64,000 nt of DNA. Origin: Trichoplax adhaerens (lineage: Eukaryota; Animalia; Placozoa). The notes below the pieces were generated by a model, which saw nothing but the letters and a program-made list of their open reading frames with translations, ran no database searches and was not told where the DNA came from. Below, piece by piece: positions 54,420 to 64,000 of the stretch. The stretch covers positions 2,658,180 to 2,722,179 of the forward strand of contig NW_002060948.1 of NCBI RefSeq assembly GCF_000150275.1, given 5' to 3'. Positions within the stretch are counted from its first letter, which is position 1, and each line of letters begins with the position of its first letter. The position numbers and the translations under genes were made by a program.

Positions 54420-56716
54420 ATGTCTAACCCAAACGGTGCCCAGCAAAATATCAAGGTCGTCGATGGTCTGAATTTGACCATAGCCATAGCTAGGATTTAT
54501 CGTCAGTCTATTGTTTACATGTTCTTTGCAATAGTTCTATTAGCTCTGGGAATTGCAGGCCAAACAAGAGTAGCCAGCTACGTACTTGGAGCGAATTATG
54601 GAGCCAATGCAATTTGGATTTCGGTTCTTGTAAGTTTATGGTTATGATTATTTTACCTAAGTAAATGTCGATTAAAGTAATTTAGTTACTGTCTGTCGTT
54701 GATTGTTGACCAAAATAAAGATACGGCTATTCCATGCTAGTTGTAGTTGATCGCTTAAATAGCAATAATCTATATTAAAGGTGTAAAAAGAAATATATCA
54801 TTTGGTCATTTCTGGGGCTAGAATTGGGTTGCGATACTTTTAGTTGGCAAATATTTTATAAATCGAAATTAATTATTACTACTTTAGTCATTGAGTAGAA
54901 TAAAGATCTAACCATTCTACAGTAGATATAGTCGTTCGATTTAAATAGAAATAATTAATGTTAAAGGTATAAATAGAAATTTATCATTAGATCATTTTTG
55001 GAGGTAGAATTGAGTTTTAACCATTTCACTAGGCGAATACGCTATAAATCATAATTATTTATTGCTCCATAAAGAGTTAATATTAAATTGTTTTAATTTG
55101 ACATCATCAATATAAACCAGAGTTATCGAATTGGTACGATTTATCTGTTAATCATTATACTCGTATCTTTATAACACTGCTCGATAGATACAATTCAAAT
55201 AGCCAAGCCATGTAAATTTATCGTTGTAGTTAAAGCCCAATTGTATTTAGTCTTACTTTACTTTCTGGGCGTAATTAAACATAATACTCTGTCCTGCATA
55301 ATTTTTTAATATGTACAATAGTTACACCTAATAAATATAAGCTAAAGTAGTCTATTATTGTAGAATATAATATTAAAATTGGTATTAGTTCAGATTCACT
55401 TGATCAATAAGCGTTCGAATCAAAATTAACTAATATAATTTATCACAACATAAAAATTTGGCTTTATGATTCAATAGACTACACAAAACTCAGGCTTTAT
55501 CCAATAGATTATGATGTCAAACTATCTTCTGAGTACACCTAACGTATTAATTATACCCGTATATAATCCTATTTTTAGTGGATCATTACCAGTGCTTTGG
55601 GTTTGGTTACGTTCAAGAATAATGTTTATCGCATTGACACAGTAAGTACAACTTTTAAATATGGTTATTAGCTGGATTTTCACTAGCATAATCTTTAAGA
55701 GTTTGTGCATGCAGTAGAAGCGTAATGCTATAGTCAGTCAACTTTGAAGCTAGATTGCAAAAAATTACTTGAGAACTAGTTATTAGAAAAGGTTAAAGTT
55801 AATTATTTTATCCTATTACACACAATATCACAATTTGTATCATATTATGTTCATATCATATTTATCTCTACGGTAAATTCAGCTATCTCATACCTTTGTA
55901 AAGTCATAATGCCTATGCATCTTTATCATAAGCAATCGAGTACGGTCTGTTAGTTTGTGCTATAGGATAAGTACGATTAGTTCAAAACTTATATATTATT
56001 ATCGGTAGCTGAAGTTTTCTTATTCCAGCATAAAATAAAAATTATAATATCAGCACTAATTCATCTGATTATTAACCTTTCCAGCACTTAAGCACTAACT
56101 GTCTATTTGTATAGTAAGACAAAAGCGCTTTCTTGCCAGCTTTAATAAACTTAAATCTTTCTGAATTCCCGTATACCTACAGCATTTATTCTTACTTGTA
56201 GTTACCAACAATGTCTCCAAAAAGTCAAACTGTAATGTATTAACTTTCATGTCTAAATTTTTACAGGCTATCCCTCATCTTGTTTTCATTGCTATCAGCA
56301 TGGCTGGAACTATTGCAGGAATTGTTTTGGTTAGTATTGGCATGAGTTATGCAAGATTTTTTAGCTACGATAGATTTATCGCAAATATGGTAGTTGGGAG
56401 TGTCATGCTAGCTGTCTACGTGTCGTTCCTTGGCTGCAGCATCTATCAAATTATTATTTTCGCACGTTTTTCTCAGAACGGCGTGATCTCATCCGTTAGC
56501 CAGGTAGATACAGCTTCTTAATTTATAAATTACTCTTTCTTGCCATTAAAATTATATAGAAGCTAATAGAATCTCAGATTGAATGTGAGATGATATTAAT
56601 ATGACAATTTTTATTTTTATTAGCAACCACAAGCTATTAACCAGCAGCAAACAGTAGTATATTTAAATCAACCGCAACAGCCGCAGGTACAAGAGGAAAA
56701 GAAAGTTACCTTCTAA
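54420..56716 (+). CDS. MS4A/CD20-like membrane protein, copy 2 (exons 54420-54629, 55579-55641, 56267-56503, 56624-56716; ~200 aa)
   Basis: ...SIVYMFFAIVLLALGIAG...GANAIWISVL|WIITSALGLVTFKNNVYRIDT|AIPHLVFIAISMAGTIAGIVLVSIG...VMLAVYVSFLGCSIYQIIIFAR...SQ|QPQAINQQQ...EEKKVTF; same 63-nt second exon as copies 1 and 3. Confidence 0.75.
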
Positions 56717-58308
56717 TAGAATGGACGGCAATATTGGCTATAGGATAATATGATAGAATTAATCACAATCATTTATATCTTTAGTTACATTTAAAATGTC
56801 ATCAAAAATGACAGTTAAAAGGTAGAAAATAGGAAACTTTGATATATAGGTACCTCGATGAATGATAAATACCAGCGTTTTCACCATGTAGACTAAAGAT
56901 ATAAGATAAATTCTTGTATAAGTAAATACTCAAGTTGTGGTAGATTTATAGACCTGCAAGATTGGTTAAAAATTTAAGATCGGACCAGATAATATGTTTC
57001 AATTCCACTTTCAAGTGTGTCAATTGGATTCATATACATAATTCGTACTCTGTTTAAGTTTATTCATCCCCTGTGATTGATATCTGTTTTATATCAATTT
57101 ACGCGTACATAATTCGCTCTTGCAATTGTAAGATTAGTAAATAAAATGAAAAAACTAAATATAATTACGAATGATTTACATTAATATTTGTTTGGTATCA
57201 TTCATCTGAATACCACTGAAAATTTGTAAGGATAAAATCATACATTTCAGTTTCGACTTATTATCTAGGATGATTTAATTAAAGTATCAAATTTTACTTA
57301 AGAATTAATAGTTAATGATCATTTTTGATCGGATATATCATCCATATGTTAAGTCGTCAACTCTTTAGGTCATATTGCCGTTAACAAATCATAAACCCTA
57401 ATTAAGCAATGAAATTGCAATAAATTAGCAACTTCGTCTTGCGAATCTAGCCATCCATATTTGCAGTAAATAAAATGTAATAATTTTAATGAAGTAACCC
57501 ATTCCAAAATCTTTACTTTCAATAAGATATTATAAGCATCTATAAGTAATATCCATTGCCATAATATTTAAAATTATAATTAAGACTACATTAACTTCTA
57601 TACTTCTATAACATGAAGGATGGCAATATATAGTAATACTCTATATAATATTCTACGAAGACTCCTCTTAGATACAATACCGAAAGCGGCATCCATTTGA
57701 TATCGTTATACTATATAAACATTAAAGAGAAAATTACGATAGCAACAATTCAAATTGGTAAGTTATGGATTCCCGTATATAATCATTATTAACAAAACTA
57801 TAAACTGAGTAAATTGCTAACTTTTGCTCTAATTTCAATGAAGGCATCACCGGTAAGTATCTCAAAAACAATATCAACTCAAGGATAGTAAAACGTTAAA
57901 GAACGAATAAAGTTAAGCCATAACTCACTAGAACATATGATTTTATTTGATTAGCAAAATACAGCATAATATTCGTTCATAACATTCAGTCTAAGAAATT
58001 GTATGTGGTATTTTCAGTCCCTAAGTCGCTCCATATGGATTTTTATCCTTGCCAGTGATGCAATCGAGAGCATGCTCAAAATTAACGAAAATACCCAGTT
58101 ATTGGCCATCGAATCTGACTCCGATCGTAAAAACCGCACCCTAGTTTTAGCAAAAGAGTAGAGGTCTACTACTAACCTTCCATAGCCATAGCGAAATTAA
58201 AATTTCTCTCATTTTGATGTTGTTAGTCAGTTGATTAAGTGATTAATTGATTACATTGTATTACTTTACATTAAGATATTAAGAGAAGCTAGAGATAATT
58301 CTTCAGAT

Positions 58309-60344
58309 ATGGCAACAGTAATCACTCAAGCTGTTCGCATTAGACCCATTAGTAGAGCTGATTTCATTCCTGCTATGGCACATATTACCAAGCAATGCAT
58401 TGTCTTCCTGGTCTTTAGTATATTGATTTTGGCTGCTGGTGGTGTTGGTGTTAGCCCGTATGGTGGATATGTCTATGGAATTACACTCTATTTTCATTGC
58501 TTTTGGGCGGCGGGCTTAGTAAGTCTCATCTACTTTACAGTCTAATTAATCATTTAAAAAACTAAATTAATAGTTGATATTGAACAAAGATCAATTAAAG
58601 ACAACTTGTTATTTTGTAATCTGTCGATAATGCACTAAAGTTATAACATTTTGATGATATTGTAGAAAATTTACTTTTAAAATTAAGGCTATTATCGTTA
58701 CTGATAATTCAGGTATAGCTTTAAATATTAAATAACGCTGAGTCAAGAAATAGTAATTCTTCTTTCTGCTAGTTTTTCTATAGTGATTCTATATTTATGA
58801 TAGCAGAAGATATAAGTATGATATATTTCATGTGATAAATTATCGCAATATAATTACAAAGGATGTTATTTTTTCAGATTAACACTTTGAGTATTTCTGA
58901 ATAGTTTTGAATTTAAAATATTCTGTTAGATTCGTTATTGTATGTCGAAGTGATCAACAAATTTAGTAATCATAAGCAACCATTGGCTTAGTTTAGTATT
59001 TAATAAACATTATTATAGGGCGTAAATTTTTCAAAAGCTTTCAGCAGATTCTGCAATGTCTTCTTACCGTGTGGTATAAATGTGATAACACTCAAAAGGA
59101 TCTACGTTAATTAGTATACGATCTTATTTCCTGTGAGCATTAAACAGTCAAAGTAGTACTGATGACCTTTCAATCGAATTCAAGAATTAAATGGCTTTAT
59201 ACCAGTAATTAATTATTTATGTCCTATGCTGCATATTAGATAGCTATTAAGATATTGGCGTCGTTTCGATATGATTCAAAAGTTAAAACTTTTTACCCTG
59301 ATGGTTATTTCTGTGTTCTATACTGCATATTAGAAAAATATTGTTATATTGATGATGTTCTTAGTTAATTTAATGATTAAGAATTTGTTTGGGAGATATA
59401 TTTTATACTATAGATAATAATTTCGAATTTATTAGAGATCGCTACTTTTTAGAATATTGTGTTTTCTAAGCTGTAAATTAAGTACGGTAGCTAATAGAAT
59501 TCTTACGTTTTTCCAACTTGATTTAGAAATTTTATTTTCTTGGTTATAGATGATAATCTCTTGTTCGCTAGGCATCGCCACCTATAATCATGGCAGATAT
59601 AAGGATAATACGGTAAGATTAGCAGTTTGAGTTTGGAATAATATATGCGTATCTTAATTAATTATTTTGATTATGACTAAATCATAACTTATCTACAATT
59701 TATCCAGTGAATATTTTATGCCATTTTGCCGTAGCTTATTGTATTCTAACATACCCAGTTGATGTTTTACTGGGTATTCAAAGTAAATTAGTTAACTATA
59801 GAACGACTTATGTCATCCATCAAATTATAACTTTTAAATTATTTTAGATATCATGTTGTCTTTCTTACTACCTTTTTTCTATGGTATTTCGATGTAGGCT
59901 ATTGCTCACATAGTATTTGTCGTTTTAAGTGGGCTTGGGGCATTTGGTGGATTTGTTTTACTTTGTTTAGCAGCCAATAACGTTCGCATCCTAATTTCAA
60001 CAGGCCATGAAATCTTTATAAGTGCAATGTGTGTCGATGTTGTCGTCATGATAATTTATCTATCTTATATTGGAATTGCTATTTACCAAATCGTCATTTA
60101 TTCCCGTATATCCAGTGGTGGTACAATTATTGCTACTATCACACCGGTATAGCTATTGTTTCATGGATTTTAAAAATTCTTTGGAGATTATGAGCACATA
60201 AATCGTTAAATTAATAATTTATCATATAGCTTAGGATATACGAAATATTATTTTATATAGATGCAACCGGTACAACCAGTACTTTCTACTGAAACTCCAC
60301 ATCCTTATACTAATCATCCAAGCTATCCAAATCAGAAATTATAA
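58309..60344 (+). CDS. MS4A/CD20-like membrane protein, copy 3 (exons 58309-58518, 59550-59612, 59898-60146, 60261-60344; ~201 aa)
   Basis: ...CIVFLVFSILILAAGGVGVSPYGGYVYGITLYFHCFWAAGL|MIISCSLGIATYNHGRYKDNT|AIAHIVFVVLSGLGAFGGFVLLCLA...VVVMIIYLSYIGIAIYQIVIYSR...TP|MQPVQPVLSTETPHPYTNHPSYPNQKL. Confidence 0.75.
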
Positions 60345-63159
60345 GTAAATAATATAGCTGACCATCGAATGAAATTGGCACAATGTTATAGATTTTACAA
60401 GAAAAATAGTTAAGAACTGCAGGACTATTCTAACAATGAAGTAAATAAATTAATTATATATAATTTCATATCTGTATTAACTTAATTGGTTTAGTCCATT
60501 TAGCCTATCGTAAAATTACATATCAATCGAATAATATCGATATACGTTATATGGTCTTGCCACAATTAATCAAAAATAGTGATTTTTGCTTAATCACAGA
60601 TATTTAGAATTAGAATTGTTGATGCAGTTTCTTAATTCAAATATGTTTTTGCTACTTTTACATATTGTCTTTCTACTATGATATTTATAGCAGTTTTTAA
60701 TTCATATCGCACATCGTACCAATATAACTCAATTTATGGTCACGATTAATTGATTGATTAATTAATATTAAACTACTACTTCTATCTGCATTGAATTATC
60801 CGTTGCACTCTAGTTAAAATTATTGCGCAGGTACGAATATCGTATACTGTAAAAATTTTATTTTAAGAAACTTGATCATAAATATTTAAGCGATGGCATC
60901 TTGATAATTATAACTCATACGGTATATACTTCAAATCGTGTTTATAATTCATTATGCCAAATATTTTCTACCGATACTTATTTACTTTCGGTCATGCTGA
61001 TAAATGGCTACTAAAAATTTATTTTAGACATTCGACATTGGCTAGAGCCTAGTGCTGATGATTATATCGCAATAATGGTCGCCATTGCTATTAAAATGTG
61101 CCAAATTTTAATATTTTGTGTGCCGATCTTCGAGCTAAGAATATTTCTAACTTGCCAACAAAGTTAGAAATGTGTTTTTCTTTATCCTACACTGCTGAAA
61201 ATCGGAATAACAATCAATTACTATTCCAATGCTAGATTTAATTAAGATAGAGCACAATAAGCCTTCTAATCTTACTAAAAATCACGACTTGACTTTATTT
61301 GCTGTAAGGTTACAACTTATATAGTTGTAGGTGCTTAAAATCGGTTTAGCTATACGAGTCAGCTGGTATTTTAATAATTGACCAAGTAAATGTATTAAAG
61401 AAATTTCATGTTTATGTGAGGATTAAAATTTAGTTTAATCTTTTAAATGTACTGCGTTAGCATTAAACTAATCTACTTATAAGCAAAATTTAACAAAAAT
61501 ATATTAGGTTCTAGTACTAGAATATTTCATGTAAAATAAGGAACTGTAATTTCAATTTTTTAGTACCATATAAGGTGATTAATATACTCCGGTTAAACTA
61601 GCTCGCAATTACTACTTTTAGTCCACCTAATCCTATATTAAGGGTTACTTACGTACGTATACACTAACACCCACTAAGGAAATTGCAAGCATTGCTTACT
61701 GATACTTAACCAAGAATCAAGTATAACATAGAAACTATTTATAATGCTGTACATAGATCATGGTAATTTACTTTCGTGACGACGTACTAAATCCATTTTC
61801 ATTCAATTGCAATCCAGTAAAATAGTAAACCGCAATCTTTTTCATTATTTGATTACGGATAGAGTTTAGATCGTTAGCAGTTAAAAGAACATAAAACAGA
61901 ACCAACAGCATTTGGTCGTCTAATAGCGTAAATGGTATATTTATATGTCTATGTAATAGATCATAAGCTGAGCATAGCCTTTACACGATTAAGATCATAA
62001 AACAAGAAATTATATGAAATAAAAAATCAATTATCATGCTATGTAAGACATCGGATACAGTAAATATAAAGAAATGAGAGAATGTGCATTATTTTAGTAT
62101 CGTTATATTGCTCTTATACAATAAAATTTCGTATGCACAAATTTGACATAGACTCAAAACCTAAAATATTAATTGAAGATCTTTCAAATAGCTACAAATA
62201 TTATGAAGATGATTGCACATCTTTTAATGTTTTTGTAGTGCTTCAAGCCGAAAGTTTTATCAGCTGTTCTGAGTAAAAATAATCGTACACTATATCCCGT
62301 TGGATTGCATAAAACACTTTAGCTTCTATATATTTTAAGATCTGATTGAGTCTACCGTTTAGATCAAGGAAATGGTATGTATAACGTTCGTTACGTTCAT
62401 TTTAGCTACAGACGACTCAAAAAATATTAGGCATACTAATTCAATCATTTCGAAGGAAAGATATGCTTAGCTGCCTGGAATATAAGTCCGTACACAGATT
62501 CTATTCAATATTCATTTGCTACTTAAATTGCATTATAATGTATGATAATGCCTAGTCCTAGAAGCCGTATAAATTTATTGAATTAGGCAATCCACTAAAT
62601 TTATACATCGAATTTCTTTGTTCTGCCCTTAATTGATACGATCTGAGGCGGAGTATTTACATTGCAATTAAAGACTTTTATGTTCACATACGCCAATGTA
62701 GATTTAAGTGCTGACAATATGTGATATTACAGGTATGTAATTTATTCTGAATTTTAATTTTAAAGACTGTATGACTTTCCGTTAGTAAATTATTTATAAA
62801 ATCTTAGCAAATGTTTTTACCTGAAATAATAAGAATGGGAAAGATGTTGTATTGATTACTTACAGTATCTTTGGAGGCTGATTGTACCATCTTTGTTATC
62901 CTTAGGCCGAGGTTATAAATACATACGTACATATAAGATCTTCTAGTTGCACGAGTAGCAGCAAGTAGATTTGATTATTATTCATTTCTGATAGAATTAG
63001 TGTCTAACTCCTGCACTATTTAATCATAAACGGTATATCCTTTCGTTTCCTACTTTGACAAGGTTATCGGGTACTTAACGCTGCTCCATACAAAAATTGC
63101 TTTAAAACCAGAACACTTTTGTTTAACCTGCTACGATACGTAGAGCTATCGCATACAAT

Positions 63160-63368
63160 ATGAAGTCAACTTATAATTCTCAAATGGATGGCAGTTATGC
63201 CATCAATGGTGAGGATTTATTACCTGCCGTGCATCATATCGTTAGACAGTATATTGCTTTTATTATTATCAGCACATTATTGCTTATTGCTGGTGGATTT
63301 GCTGTTAGTCCATGGGGAGGATACTTGGATTTGCATTATATGGTCAATGTTTCTGGGCACCATCCCTG
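63160..63368 (+). pseudogene. MS4A/CD20-like copy 4, first coding exon with a frameshift; later exons presumably beyond the window
   Basis: LLPAVHHIVRQYIAFIIISTLLLIAGGFAVSPWGGY aligns with copy 3. Homology resumes in another frame (GFALYGQCFWAPSL|gtaatg versus GITLYFHCFWAAGL|gtaag); the exon is 209 nt, not a multiple of 3. Confidence 0.65.
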
Positions 63369-64000
63369 GTAATGTTAAAATAATAATGATAGATCTTCAT
63401 CAAGTACATATTACTACGTATTATTATAGTATCTAAGTATTGTTTAACTTTCGATAGCTTTACGTCTAAAAGTTGTTGGAACCATTAGCTAAATAGTTAA
63501 GACTGACGACAGTCGGAAATCTATTTATTGATCGACTTCAAATGTTATAGTGATAGAAACTCATTACAGAATTAAATGGCACACCAATCGTTTCCTTACT
63601 AAATACCTTTTTGCTACTCGATAATACAGTATTGAAGTATCTATCGGATAGCATTGTATCATTTAACTGCTAATAATATGGTTAAACATGCTGTATTTGT
63701 GGATTCATAAATTTTGTGTTATAATACTTTTTGCTGATATTTTGGAGATTCAATTTTAGGCAGATAAGTTTATTCTTAAGCGCACAGAGCTGAGAAAAAA
63801 CTAAATAAAGCAAGAGAAAAGCTGTAGTATTTACTACTTTATAAGATTATTGTATCAGCTATGGTTGCTATAAAAATTATTTAATGCTTTTAAATCACTG
63901 CGAACGATGCATTGGCAGTATCGACTGCTCGTGTCGAATATAAATAGAGCGTAAATAATAGTGAACCAGGGACGAGATGTGCTTTATTAGATATTTCGTA

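Noticed and set aside
63035-63044. ATATCCTTTC upstream of copy 4 as a U12 donor
   Set aside because: Non-coding context with no frame test and no clear CCTTRAC branch; it overlaps an ordinary GT donor-like site

Overview
AT-rich, intron-rich eukaryotic (animal) genomic DNA with compact genes and mostly short introns. The style suggests an early-branching metazoan, most plausibly a placozoan such as Trichoplax; this is inference, not verified. The first ~44 kb holds a block of conserved genes, three pairs head-to-head: COPB2 (partial, -), SMG8 (+), KLHL17 (+), PHB2 (-), CENPS (+), SLC35E2 (-), a divergent NDUFB5-like gene (+), ARMC3 (+) and a standalone biotin-protein-ligase N-terminal (BPL_N) domain gene (-). 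The last ~18 kb is a tandem array of four small four-helix membrane-protein genes with MS4A/CD20-like sequence and exon layout; the fourth copy is frameshifted. Most striking observations: (1) palindromic CAGTA/TACTG repeat patches mark the 5' ends of the conserved genes but not the MS4A-like array; (2) the MS4A-like array itself; (3) the standalone, Cys-less BPL_N gene; (4) an AT-AC U12-type intron in PHB2; (5) a 54/58-bp minisatellite carrying splice donors and micro-uORFs directly upstream of the NMD factor SMG8; (6) a consensus RFX X-box upstream of ARMC3. Gene models were assembled by eye from splice signals and remembered homolog sequences; no searches were run.
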